64,000 nt of DNA from Nitrospirota bacterium (GCA_963749655.1 CAVVOB010000028.1:128001-192000); one strand, 5' to 3'; counted from the first letter of the stretch, positions 41,401-50,732 are shown. Numbers and translations: made by a program. The notes: generated by a model from the letters alone, not told the origin.

Positions 41401-42645
41401 TTACGAAATCACGCCCAGCTGCTTCCCCGCCTGCTCGACGATCCCGAGCACCCGGTCGAGCATCTCGTCGGTGTGGGTCGCCATGTAACTCGTACGGATC
41501 ATGCACCGCCCCTGCGGCACCGCGGGAGGCACCACGGGGTTCGCGAACACGCCTTCGTTGCCGAGGATTTTCCACATCATGAACGCCCGCTCCATCTCCC
41601 CCATCATGAGCGGTATGATCGGCGTTTCGGCGACGCCGGTGTCGAAGCCCATCTGCTTGAACGCCTTCATCATCTTGTTCGTGTTGTGCCAGAGCCGCTC
41701 CCTGCGCTCCGGCTCCCGGTCGATGATGTCCAGCGCCGCGATGACCGCTGCCACGGACGCAGGCGGCGGGCTTGCGCTGAAGATGAGCGGCCGGGAAGGG
41801 TGCTTCATGTAGTGAATGACGTCCTCGTCCGCGACGACGAAGCCGCCGATGGAGGCGAGAGACTTGCTGTAGGTGCCCATGATCACGTCGACTTCCTTCT
41901 CGAGGCCGAAATGCTCGGCAGTGCCGCGGCCGGTCTTTCCCAGAACGCCGATGCCGTGTGCGTCGTCCACCATGAGACGGGCGCCGTATTTTTTGCAGAC
42001 CTTCACGATGTCCGGGAGCGGCGCGATGTCGCCTTCCATGCTGTACACGCCGTCCACGACCACGAGCTTGCCCCGGTCTCCGCATTCGTTGAGGACGAAG
42101 TCGAGGCTCCTCATGTCGTTGTGCCTGAATTTTTTAATCTCGGCGAAGGACAGCCTGCAGGCGTCGATGATGCTGGCGTGGTCGAGCTTGTCGATCACGA
42201 CCACGTCGTCCTTGCCGGCGAGGGAAGCAATGATGCCGAGGTTGGTCTGGTAGCCCGTGGAAAAAGTGAGCGCCGCGTCCTTGCGGAAGAACGTCGCCAG
42301 CTTGTCTTCGAGCTCCACGTGAATGTCGAGCGTGCCGTTCAGGAAGCGCGAACCCGCGCACCCGCTCCCATACTTCCGCACGGCCTCGATGGCCGCTTCC
42401 TTCACCTTCGGGTGGTTGGTGAGCCCGAGATAGTTGTTCGACCCGAGCATGATCATCTTCCTGCCTTCGACGATCACCTCGGGATCCTGGGCCGATTCCA
42501 CGACGTGAAAATAGGGATAGAACCCCGCTGCCATGACCTCTTTCGCCGTGGTAAACGTCCGGCACTTTTCGAAAAGGTCCCCCTTGGCGCCCTGCTCCGC
42601 GTTCGGGGCAGCGCCTGTCTTCTTTTTAGAGCCAGTTGTTATCAC
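41401..42645 (-). CDS. spt: Serine palmitoyltransferase (AOS family PLP enzyme)
   Basis: YPYF, GSNNYLGL, GSRFLNGTLDIH, DHASIID, DDAHG, GTYSKS (PLP Lys), FSAS; neighbours fit ceramide synthesis. Confidence 0.8.
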   Translation of the reverse strand: MITTGSKKKTGAAPNAEQGAKGDLFEKCRTFTTAKEVMAAGFYPYFHVVESAQDPEVIVEGRKMIMLGSNNYLGLTNHPKVKEAAIEAVRKYGSGCAGSRFLNGTLDIHVELEDKLATFFRKDAALTFSTGYQTNLGIIASLAGKDDVVVIDKLDHASIIDACRLSFAEIKKFRHNDMRSLDFVLNECGDRGKLVVVDGVYSMEGDIAPLPDIVKVCKKYGARLMVDDAHGIGVLGKTGRGTAEHFGLEKEVDVIMGTYSKSLASIGGFVVADEDVIHYMKHPSRPLIFSASPPPASVAAVIAALDIIDREPERRERLWHNTNKMMKAFKQMGFDTGVAETPIIPLMMGEMERAFMMWKILGNEGVFANPVVPPAVPQGRCMIRTSYMATHTDEMLDRVLGIVEQAGKQLGVIS

Positions 42646-43610
42646 GGTACCACCTCCATGTGGCGTTCAGGCCTTGCTGTAGTGAATGGGCTGCCTTGAA
42701 TCCCAGTTCTTTTTCTATTTTAACGGTATCGCAGATCCAGTATGGTTGTGAAGCTTCCAGCACCTTCTGCCTGTTCATGGGCGAAGGCTTCGAGGTGAAC
42801 AGGCTCCCGACCTCGGACAGCGAGACCGATCAGGTATGCGGCAGCATAGGGAATTTTGACGGCGAGCGCTTTTACGCTTCCTGCAGTCAGCAGGGATTCC
42901 CTGAATTCCGTCCACGAATAGGGACGGCTTTCGGCTGCAAAATATACGCTGCCGCTCGGGGCCGGCTTCTCCACGGCAAGGCAGAGGGCCTGCACAAGGT
43001 CATCGACATAGCAGAAATTGAGAAACCGCTCTTTGCCCGTGATCTCCAGCGTCAGGCCCCGAGCAGCCCAGCGGAAGAGCTCGAACATGTCCCGGTCCCG
43101 GGGGCCGTATACAACCGACGGACGAAGGATGACGACAGGAAAGCGGTCCTTGTATACAAGCGCTTCCTGTTCGGCAAGGAGCTTGCTCCTGCCGTAATCG
43201 GAAACCGGATGAGGAGTGTCGCTGTCCATCACCGGATTTCCGTCAGGGCTCGGACCTGCCGCCGCCTGGCTCGAAACCACGATGAATTTCTCGATGCCCG
43301 GATTATATCGCGCGCATGCTTCCAGAAGATTCCTGGTCCCGATGTGATTTACCGCATAGTAGTCCGCAGGCCGTTTCGCCTTGGTAAGCCCTGCGGCGTG
43401 GATGACAACGGAAGCCTGTGCCACGGCATGAGCGAGCGTGTCGGGCCTTGTGCAGTCGCCTGCCTTTACGTCGATCATTGCTCCCGAAAGCCATCGGAGG
43501 TTCGCAGGGTCCCGCGCGAGGCAGGAAACGGAATGCCCCTGTCTGAGCAGCGCTTCAACCAGGTGGCTTCCGATGAAACCGGTGCCGCCGGTAACGAAAA
43601 TCTTTTTCAC
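42626..43610 (-). CDS. Extended SDR (NAD-dependent epimerase/dehydratase), candidate ceramide/ketosphinganine reductase; frameshift near 42815
   Basis: TGGTGFIG, HAAG, YGRSK, RPSVVYGPRD; corrected C-terminus ...WYRDNNWL* overlaps the spt start. Confidence 0.8.
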
Positions 43611-43776
43611 GCGAAGCCCCCCCGCTCAGTTCTTTTTCAGGCAGGTCGTTGTTGTCGTACGCTTGAAATGCAGCAAAGGACAGTATCGATTCGCAGGATA
43701 ATAATATAGTAGCATAACGACAGAAGGAGAGCAATCAAGGCGGTAAAAAACTTGAGGCAGTCGTCACCCCACGGTG

Positions 43777-44664
43777 TCATTTTCCCGAAGGTCGGGATCC
43801 CGAGAAGAGCCGGTGCATGGCCGGAGCAATGACGATGGTCAGCAGGGCAAGCGCGATGCCGGCCAGGACATCGATTACGTAATGATATCTGAGGTACACG
43901 GTTGAGATGATCAGGGCTGCCGCTGCAGGCGCCAGGACCCGGAAAAGCGCTTTCTCCCGAAACTTGCCTGCGAAGCAGAGCGTCACCAGAGCCACGGCGG
44001 TATGTCCGCTCGGAAAGGCATCGGTCTTGTTGCGCTCGAGCATATCGAGGGTCTGTTGTATCCACGAGGTGATCGGCCCTCTCTGGAGCTCCGCAGTCTG
44101 CAGGTGGTTCAGGGTGAACCGGGGCCCGACTGCGGGAAAAAGCAGATACCCGGCGTAGGAAAGATAAAAACAGAGAAGGAGAGCAAAGACCGCGGCTTCA
44201 AACTCGTTCTCCTTTCCCCCGGCAAAAAGCAGGACAGCGAGCGAGATCGGCATGAAATAGTAGCTGATGTATGCGATCTGGAGCACCGCGGTGAGCCAGG
44301 CATTATTGAATCGTTCCATCCATACGGTGGGATGAACGGCAAAGAGCAGGTGGTCGACTCGGATCAGGACATCGTCGTAGTATCTGCTCCGGACCAGGGG
44401 AATGATGTCGCCGAGGCTGTTGAAAATAACGACGACCGCAATGATCGGGAAGAAGGCGTGCAGGAGCCTGAAAAATCCCTTTCCGGAGTACCTTTCCTTG
44501 AGCGCAGCGAGTGCAATGACGGCGAGCGCCAGCAAGGCGTACTTGAGGATGATCTGGGGCCATGACGCAATCGATGGAGTGTTAAGCAGGACCGTTGCGG
44601 CAAGCATCCCGATGAAAAAAAGGGTGAGGCGGTCAGCTGGATTCAGTCGGGTCCGCATACGCAT
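43777..44664 (-). CDS. PAP2-superfamily membrane enzyme, Aur1/IPC-synthase-like
   Basis: FPAVGPRF, AFPSGH and STVYLRYHYVIDVLAG motifs; multiple TM helices. Confidence 0.8.
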   Translation of the reverse strand: MRMRTRLNPADRLTLFFIGMLAATVLLNTPSIASWPQIILKYALLALAVIALAALKERYSGKGFFRLLHAFFPIIAVVVIFNSLGDIIPLVRSRYYDDVLIRVDHLLFAVHPTVWMERFNNAWLTAVLQIAYISYYFMPISLAVLLFAGGKENEFEAAVFALLLCFYLSYAGYLLFPAVGPRFTLNHLQTAELQRGPITSWIQQTLDMLERNKTDAFPSGHTAVALVTLCFAGKFREKALFRVLAPAAAALIISTVYLRYHYVIDVLAGIALALLTIVIAPAMHRLFSGSRPSGK

Positions 44665-44795
44665 AGACAGGGTTATACAATACTTGGTGCTGAAAAGCAA
44701 GGAAAGCAACTGAAGAATGTTTTGAAAACCATCGGATACGGGCGAGCTTCTCGATGCACCGGCCGACGCAAAACTGAATGGCCTCTTGTGCAGTT

Positions 44796-44820
44796 ATCCT
44801 ACTTTCCGAGGTTGTCCCAT
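44796..44820. repeat. Degenerate copy of the Y1 transposase inverted repeat
   Basis: ATCCTACTTTCCGAGGTTGTCCCAT versus AACCTAATTTCCGATGTCTGACCCCAT (12109-12135): 21 of 27 columns with two 1-bp gaps. Confidence 0.65.
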
Positions 44821-44836
44821 TGTTCATACATTTTTC

Positions 44837-45163
44837 TTAGGCAACCCTTATTTTTCCCCTGTTCGGCGGCAGATTTTTTAGGATAAGAAAGGCCCACAAA
44901 TTGAACACAAATCCTAAAAAGAACCATAACGTTTGATTTCTACTTTTTCTCTTTGCGAGTCTGTAATCCAGAATTCCGAATACAACACCAAGTACAACGA
45001 AGCCAACTATGTTGAACATATTGAGATAAAACAAAGAAAAATTTCTCTTAGGCAGAGTAGCAATGTAATTATATATAAATTTGTTCACTCCTGATAGTTG
45101 TGCAGCCGTAAGTAACGTTGCGATAGCAATACAAGTAGTTAATGTATTTTTTAAAAATTTCAT
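44837..45163 (-). CDS. Small AT-rich membrane protein
   Basis: Three hydrophobic segments, LAKRKSRN.TLWFFLGFVFN; GGAG RBS before ATG 45163; visibly lower GC than its flanks. Confidence 0.75.
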   Translation of the reverse strand: MKFLKNTLTTCIAIATLLTAAQLSGVNKFIYNYIATLPKRNFSLFYLNMFNIVGFVVLGVVFGILDYRLAKRKSRNQTLWFFLGFVFNLWAFLILKNLPPNRGKIRVA

Positions 45164-45187
45164 TTGCTTAAACTCCCGGGGAAACAA

Positions 45188-45213
45188 ATGGGATCAGGCA
45201 TCTGAAACGAGTT
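45188..45213. repeat. Degenerate copy of the Y1 transposase inverted repeat
   Basis: ATGGGATCAGGCATCTGAAAC versus ATGGGGTCAGACATCGGAAAC (11129): 18/21. Confidence 0.7.
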
Positions 45214-45259
45214 CTTTCGTGCTGCCTCCGGATCCCCAGAACCGTGCGTAAACAAGCCC

Positions 45260-46792
45260 CTAGCTCACCCTTCTGTCCAGGCTCCGGTACTGGATGGCTT
45301 CCGAGATATGGTGCGAAACGATCGCCTCGCTGCCTTCGAGATCGGCAATGGTCCGGGAGACTTTGAGAATGCGGTTGTAGGCGCGGGCGGAGAGGCCGAG
45401 GCGGTTCATGGCCGTCTCCATCAACCGGAGGCTGTCTTCGTCGATTTTGCAGTGCTTGCGGATGTGCCGCGGCTTCATCTGCGCGTTGGCATAGATGCTG
45501 TCGCTTTTGAACCGCTCCTGCTGGACCGTTCGCGCCCGCGTCACCCGCTCGCGGATGGACGTCGACGGTTCGGCTATCACATCCGAGGCGATCTCGCCAA
45601 ACTTGATGGCCGGGACCTCGATGTGAATGTCGATGCGGTCGAGAAGGGGGCCGGACACGCGCGACCGGTATGACTGGATCTGATGGGGCGTGCAGAGACA
45701 CTGATGCACCGGGTCGCCGTGGAAGCCGCACTTGCAGGGGTTCATGGCCGCGACCAGCATCAACGATGCGGGATAGGTGAGCGAGGTCACGGCGCGGGAG
45801 ATCGTGACCTGGCCGTCCTCAAGAGGCTGGCGGAGCGCTTCGAGCACGTTTCGTTTGAACTCAGGCAGCTCGTCGAGGAACAGCACGCCGTTATGCGACA
45901 GACTAACCTCGCCGGGCCTGGGCACCTGGCCGCCGCCGATCAGGCCTGCGTCGGAAATGGTGTGGTGCGGACTGCGGAAGGGCCTCGCTGCAATGAGCGG
46001 CTGCCCCTGCTTCAGGAGGCCCATGATGCTGTGGATCTTCGTGGTCTCGATCGACTCATCGAAGTTCATGCGGGGCAGGACCGACGGCAGGCGCCGGGCG
46101 AGCATGGTCTTTCCCGAACCGGGCGGTCCGATCATGATGATGTTGTGGCCGCCTGCTGCCGCGACCTCGATCGCGCGCTTGGCGTGCTCCTGCCCCTTTA
46201 CTTCGAAAAAATCCTCGGGGTAGGAAGAAAAGGCTTCGAAGGCGTTCGGCAGATCGATCCGTACCGGCTCCGGCCGGGCTGAACCGGTCAGGAACTCTAC
46301 GACCTCGGGAAGCGTATGCATGCCGTAGATGTTCACCGACTCGACAACTGCCGCCTCGGCTGCATTGTCGGCGGGGATCACCATGGCGCGGTAGCCCGTC
46401 TTCTTGGCGAGCACGGCCATGGAAAGGGCGCCCCGCACCGGCTTGACCCTGCCGTCGAGGGAAAGCTCGCCCACGATGAGGAGGCCCTGCACCATCTCCT
46501 GTGTCAGGATTCCCTCGGCGATCAGCATGCCGATCGCGATGGGCAGGTCGAAAGCCGAGCCCTCCTTCTTGATGTCCGCAGGGGCGAGGTTCACCACGAC
46601 CTGCTTGAGCGGAAAATCGAAGCCCGTGTTCTTGAGCGCCGCACGCACGCGCTCCTTGCTCTCCTTCACGGCCGCATCGGGCAGGCCCACGGTGGCGAAA
46701 AAGGGAAGTCCTCTGCTCGTGACGTCGACCTCGACTTCAACGGGATAGGCATCAATGCCGAGCACGGCGGAGCTGATGACCTTGGAGAGCAT
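45260..46792 (-). CDS. comM: YifB/ComM Mg-chelatase-like AAA+ ATPase
   Basis: [60 protein letters not shown]. Confidence 0.95.
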   Translation of the reverse strand: MLSKVISSAVLGIDAYPVEVEVDVTSRGLPFFATVGLPDAAVKESKERVRAALKNTGFDFPLKQVVVNLAPADIKKEGSAFDLPIAIGMLIAEGILTQEMVQGLLIVGELSLDGRVKPVRGALSMAVLAKKTGYRAMVIPADNAAEAAVVESVNIYGMHTLPEVVEFLTGSARPEPVRIDLPNAFEAFSSYPEDFFEVKGQEHAKRAIEVAAAGGHNIIMIGPPGSGKTMLARRLPSVLPRMNFDESIETTKIHSIMGLLKQGQPLIAARPFRSPHHTISDAGLIGGGQVPRPGEVSLSHNGVLFLDELPEFKRNVLEALRQPLEDGQVTISRAVTSLTYPASLMLVAAMNPCKCGFHGDPVHQCLCTPHQIQSYRSRVSGPLLDRIDIHIEVPAIKFGEIASDVIAEPSTSIRERVTRARTVQQERFKSDSIYANAQMKPRHIRKHCKIDEDSLRLMETAMNRLGLSARAYNRILKVSRTIADLEGSEAIVSHHISEAIQYRSLDRRVS

Positions 46793-46807
46793 AAGAGCTC
46801 CTTTTTT

Positions 46808-47085
46808 AATGCGGAATGCGGATTACGGAATGCGAAATGAAGGGCATGAACCCTTACTCCGAATACGTGAATGGATGACAGCGAGAATAGCAGAGAACTG
46901 AGAGAATTGTCAAACGGAAAGTATTCGGATGCGGATTGCGATGCGGGTGAATGGGGTCAAGGGTAACGTTGCAAGGAGGAAGATTTTTGATCCCTTGCAA
47001 CTTGCTCCTGCTGCTTTAACCTTGCTGCTTGCTACTTGCTACTGGACCCTGGCCCCTGGCTGCCGGCCCCTGCTTCCTGACCCTT
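46808..47085. repeat. Cluster of degenerate 7-bp tandem arrays
   Basis: AATGCGG AATGCGG ATTACGG AATGCGA (46808-46835); CTTGCTG CTTGCTA CTTGCTA and CCCTGGC CCCTGGC (~47020-47085, overlapping a CDS end); related TCCGCAT x2 near 32412. Confidence 0.6.
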
Positions 47086-48702
47086 TGCTTCTTCCTGCTC
47101 GAAACGCGTAACAAAAGCGCCGATGAACTTCATATTCCGTACGTAGTCGGCAAAAGGCACTTCCCTCACCACGCCGCCGCCGGGACGGCCGGGCCGTTCC
47201 TTGTCGCCTGCGGCATGAATGACGTAGGGCTTGCCCGACTTGATATGGACCACGGAAAGATGGGCCACAATCTCTTCAACCATGCGCTTCTTCGGGTCCT
47301 TTACCCAGAAGATGATGTCTCCGTCCTGAAGCTTTTTCTGGAGCGTTCTGGTCAGGAGCGCTTGCTTCGGAAGAATGTCGACGGTTTCCCTGCCCCGCGA
47401 GCCCGGGATCGCGCTTGCCGCTCCGAGGTCGGCGGTTATGTTCTTCCCCCACTTGTTGCTCATGACCATGTCTTCGCCGTACTGGAAACGATCGTCATAA
47501 TTCGACACGATGCCGTTCGAGAGCTTCCCCCGGGTCATGAAGCGCAGGTCGAGCGCCTTCGCGACTGCTTCGCCGGGCGTGCTCGTTTCGGCAAGCTCGA
47601 CCGAACGGAAGGCGTGGTACATGCAGTCGACCTTCTCATCAGCGACGATGCGATTGGTCCGGACGTAGAGGCCGAGGGGATCGGGGTCATAGGGAGTGCC
47701 GATGAAGCGGCCCGCCCAGTAGGCAATGCGTTTGCCCAGCGGCATTCCCGCGGTCCGCGCCTGCGCAAGGAGGATCTCTTCGGCGGTCATGTCGACAGGC
47801 CGCTTGCGCTCGTTCAGGCCGGCGTCGATTATCCGCAGTCCGTACTGAAGCGAACGGGCGTACCGCGCCTCATGAATGCCCGCCGCCTGGACCGCGCCCT
47901 TGCGGGCTATCTGAAGGAACTGACCGTTCCCCAGATACAAGCCCTCCTGCTCGCCGTAAAATACGAGGATGTCTCCGGCCGCGAGGTCCTGCTTCGATAC
48001 CCGATCGGCCTGGGTCTGGAGCGCCGACAATCCGCGGCCGAGCGGGAAGCCGTGGATGCGGTACGTGATCTCGATCAGGCCGTTGATATCGATGCCCTGG
48101 GTGGTCATGCCGCCCTGGAGATACCGGACGCCGCGGAAACGCTTGGCGGTGTTTGCGATATCGTCGGGCCTCGTGAGGTTCAGCACGGGGTCGGTGTTTT
48201 TGACCGGCATCGCATCGTCCGACTCGATGATCGCGACGGACCGGTCCGGGAACCGGACCTTGTACCCTTCCTGCGTTTTCTCGACGACCGGCAGGCGGGT
48301 GCCTCCGTAGAGCGGCACCTTGTGGTTGCCGGTCCTGTCCAGGATCAATGCCTCGGTTTTGGGAACGGAAACGACGATCCAGGTGCGGTCGGTGTTGAGG
48401 TAGTGGCGTCCCCCGTCCTTGGGAAGCAGAACGGCCTCCTGCTGGACCCATCCCTCACGATCGCCCTGACCAGGAATGAGAACGCGGTAGCGGTTGTCCT
48501 GCTTGCCGAGAATGCGGACCTCGTCGCCCATGAGCACCTGGGTGGCGAGCGTCGATTTGGGCACCGGCTCCTCGTGAACGTTCGCGAGCGGAGCGGCAAT
48601 GATGCCCGAGAGTATGCGGGAAGGATCCTGCGCCGGCAGTGTCGTGGTGGCAAAGAGGAAGAAGAACAGAAACGGGACGGCTGTAAGGAGCTTGTTTTTC
48701 AT
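47032..48702 (-). CDS. Secreted SH3b + degenerate NlpC/P60 + DUF1460 (AmiA-like amidase) protein
   Basis: Signal peptide; ATQVLMGD.V...GWV; YLQGG...GIDINGL (normally DCSG); RFIGTPY...VDCMY...HLS...IHA. Confidence 0.8.
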   Translation of the reverse strand: MKNKLLTAVPFLFFFLFATTTLPAQDPSRILSGIIAAPLANVHEEPVPKSTLATQVLMGDEVRILGKQDNRYRVLIPGQGDREGWVQQEAVLLPKDGGRHYLNTDRTWIVVSVPKTEALILDRTGNHKVPLYGGTRLPVVEKTQEGYKVRFPDRSVAIIESDDAMPVKNTDPVLNLTRPDDIANTAKRFRGVRYLQGGMTTQGIDINGLIEITYRIHGFPLGRGLSALQTQADRVSKQDLAAGDILVFYGEQEGLYLGNGQFLQIARKGAVQAAGIHEARYARSLQYGLRIIDAGLNERKRPVDMTAEEILLAQARTAGMPLGKRIAYWAGRFIGTPYDPDPLGLYVRTNRIVADEKVDCMYHAFRSVELAETSTPGEAVAKALDLRFMTRGKLSNGIVSNYDDRFQYGEDMVMSNKWGKNITADLGAASAIPGSRGRETVDILPKQALLTRTLQKKLQDGDIIFWVKDPKKRMVEEIVAHLSVVHIKSGKPYVIHAAGDKERPGRPGGGVVREVPFADYVRNMKFIGAFVTRFEQEEAKGQEAGAGSQGPGSSSK

Positions 48703-48761
48703 TGGAGTACTGAGGAAAGCTTACGGTGGCATCCCGCGCGGTCCTGCGGGATGAAAAAAAA

Positions 48762-48846
48762 TGGTGCCGAAGGGGGGACTCGAACCCCCATGGCTTGCGC
48801 CACACGCCCCTCAAACGTGCGTGTCTACCAGTTCCACCACTTCGGC
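48762..48846 (-). tRNA. tRNA-Leu: tRNA-Leu(GAG)
   Basis: GCCGAAG acceptor stem, anticodon arm CACGT-TTGAGGG-GCGTG, long variable arm, GTTCGAGTC T-loop, encoded CCA. Confidence 0.97.
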
Positions 48847-48940
48847 ACTTGTAAAAACTCAGCCGCAGAGTACACTGAGATCACAGAGCGAACGGACGGC
48901 GATGAGCCTGCTCTGGATGTTCTCTGCGGTTAGATGGGCT

Positions 48941-49882
48941 TTATTTCTTCATCGCCGGCTGCTTCGCATGCGCCGGAGTGAGCCAGTCTGAATGCAAGCC
49001 CGCGCGGCCGTGGACGATATCGAAGAACGCCGCCTGCAGGTCCTTGGTAACCGGCCCCGGCTTTCCTTTGCCGATCGTCCGGTTGTCCACTTCGCGGATC
49101 GGGGTGATTTCCGCCGCGGTGCCGCTGAAGAACGCCTCGTCGGCGATGTACAGCTCGTCGCGCGTGAACCGTTCCTCGACGACGCGCATTCCCCGCTCCG
49201 CGGCAAGCTGCATGATCGTATCGCGCGTGATGCCTTCGAGGATCGAGGTGAGCGGCGGCGTCTTGATCACGCCTTTGCGGACCATGAAAATATTTTCGCC
49301 GCTGCCCTCCGCCACGTAGCCGTCGGTGTCGAGCAGGACGGCCTCATCATACCCGTCCTTGAGCGCTTCGCGCTTGGCAAGAAGCGAGTTTGCATAATTT
49401 GCCGTGGTCTTCGAACGGACCATGGTGGCGTTGACATGGGGACGGCTGTACGACGCTATTTTGACGCGGATGCCTTTCTCGAGGCCTTCATCGCCGAGAT
49501 AGCTTCCCCAGGGCCAGACCGCGATCGAAACCTGTATGGGATTGTCCGCCGGAAAAACCCCCATGGCGCCGTAGCCGATATACGCCAGCGGCCTGATATA
49601 GCATGCATCGATCTTGTTTACGCGGATGGTTTCGAGGGTCGCCTCGACGACCGCCTCCCGGGTGAAGGGCATCTCCATCTGCAGGATATGAGCGGAGTCG
49701 AAGAAACGATCGATGTGCTCCCGCAGACGGAAAACGGCGGGGCCGCTGTCCGTCTTGTAGCAGCGGATGCCCTCGAACACGCCCGTTCCGTAGTGAAGGG
49801 AATGGGTCAGGATGTGCGTCGTTGCGTCCTTCCATGCGACGAACGAGCCGTTCATCCATATTTTTTCCGTTGCCTGAAGCAT
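48941..49882 (-). CDS. ilvE: Branched-chain amino acid aminotransferase
   Basis: HSLHYGTGVFEGIRCY, YIRP, K...NY, AEGSGENIF, LEGITR, GTAAE. Confidence 0.96.
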   Translation of the reverse strand: MLQATEKIWMNGSFVAWKDATTHILTHSLHYGTGVFEGIRCYKTDSGPAVFRLREHIDRFFDSAHILQMEMPFTREAVVEATLETIRVNKIDACYIRPLAYIGYGAMGVFPADNPIQVSIAVWPWGSYLGDEGLEKGIRVKIASYSRPHVNATMVRSKTTANYANSLLAKREALKDGYDEAVLLDTDGYVAEGSGENIFMVRKGVIKTPPLTSILEGITRDTIMQLAAERGMRVVEERFTRDELYIADEAFFSGTAAEITPIREVDNRTIGKGKPGPVTKDLQAAFFDIVHGRAGLHSDWLTPAHAKQPAMKK

Positions 49883-49890
49883 AGACGACA

Positions 49891-49919
49891 TTTATAACAG
49901 CCTGTGTCTGAATTGTCAA
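49891..49919 (-). promoter_or_regulatory. sigma70 promoter of ilvE (near-leaderless)
   Basis: TTGACA (49914-49919)-17-TATAAA (49891-49896), 8 nt before ATG 49882; no SD. Confidence 0.65.
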
Positions 49920-49968
49920 ATGTTTTTTTCCCGCTGGTTGCCGCTTGCGAAGGCCGTATGCAGGCGAC

Positions 49969-49997
49969 AAAAAACCCTTTTCCGTGTGGGAAAAGGG
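49969..49997 (-). terminator. Rho-independent terminator after the two-component operon
   Basis: CCCTTTTCC-CACAC-GGAAAAGGG-TTTTTT on the minus strand. Confidence 0.8.
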
Positions 49998-50108
49998 CGG
50001 CTGGCGTGGTGAAATGAGGGTCCCGTTTGCCGGGTGCCGGTCGCAAGTCAGGAACAGGAGCATGACGCGCGAATCAACGGGCGGTCCCGCGAAGCGGTTA
50101 TTGAACGG

Positions 50109-50732
50109 CTAGATGATGCCGCGCTTTCTCGCCTTGATGATGGCGTCGCTCCGGTCTTTTGCCTGAAGCTTTTCGTAAATATTCTTGATATGAGTGTGGA
50201 CGGTATGGGTGCTGATGCTCAGCCGCTCTCCGATCTCCTTGTACGTCAGCCCCTCTTCCACGCGCTTGACGATCTCGGTTTCCCGCTGGGTCAGCAGAAA
50301 ATCCTCTCCCGTTGCATCGTCCTGAAACTCGTGGATGATCTTGCGGGCGATCTTCGGGCTCATGGGCGCGCCGCCCTTGTAGAGCGAGTGGATCGATTCG
50401 ATGATTTCGCGGGGGCTGCTTCCCTTCAGTATATACCCGGAAGCGCCTGCCTTGATGGCGGAAAACACCTTCTCGCGGTCCTCGAAAACGGTATGGGCCA
50501 TGATCTCGAGGGACGGCATCTCTTCTTTGGCTTTTTTAATGAGCTCCACGCCGCTCATGCCGGGAAGCCCCAGATCGGTCAGCATGACCTCGGGCGCGGC
50601 ATTCCTCAGGGACTTTATGGCGTCTTCGGCCGACCGGTAGGCCCCGGCAACGGTAATGCCTTCTTCGCCTCTCAGGAGCAGCGTGAGATTTTCAAGCAGG
50701 AGGGGGTCGTCTTCAATAATCACAAGTCGCAT
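50109..50732 (-). CDS. NarL/LuxR-family response regulator
   Basis: IIEDD, TDLGLPG, GASGYILK, LTQRETEI...GLTYKEIGERL.IS.HTVHTHIKNIYEKL. Confidence 0.95.
   Translation of the reverse strand: MRLVIIEDDPLLLENLTLLLRGEEGITVAGAYRSAEDAIKSLRNAAPEVMLTDLGLPGMSGVELIKKAKEEMPSLEIMAHTVFEDREKVFSAIKAGASGYILKGSSPREIIESIHSLYKGGAPMSPKIARKIIHEFQDDATGEDFLLTQRETEIVKRVEEGLTYKEIGERLSISTHTVHTHIKNIYEKLQAKDRSDAIIKARKRGII

Noticed and set aside
41401-42645. bioF (8-amino-7-oxononanoate synthase) or kbl annotation
   Set aside because: The YPYF, GSRFLNGT and GTYSKS motifs and the GNAT/SDR/PAP2 neighbours fit Spt better, and no bio or tdh genes are nearby. Not fully excluded without a phylogeny.
48730-48846. tRNA-Leu or comM as an island integration site
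   Set aside because: I saw no duplicate of the tRNA 3' end and no integrase in the window, and comM is uninterrupted.
49920-50075. Leu-rich leader peptide (MLLFL...) plus terminator as an ilvE attenuator
   Set aside because: The ORF has no stop before the hairpin, and a strong TTGACA-17-TATAAA promoter lies downstream of the terminator, so the hairpin is better explained as the terminator of the two-component operon.
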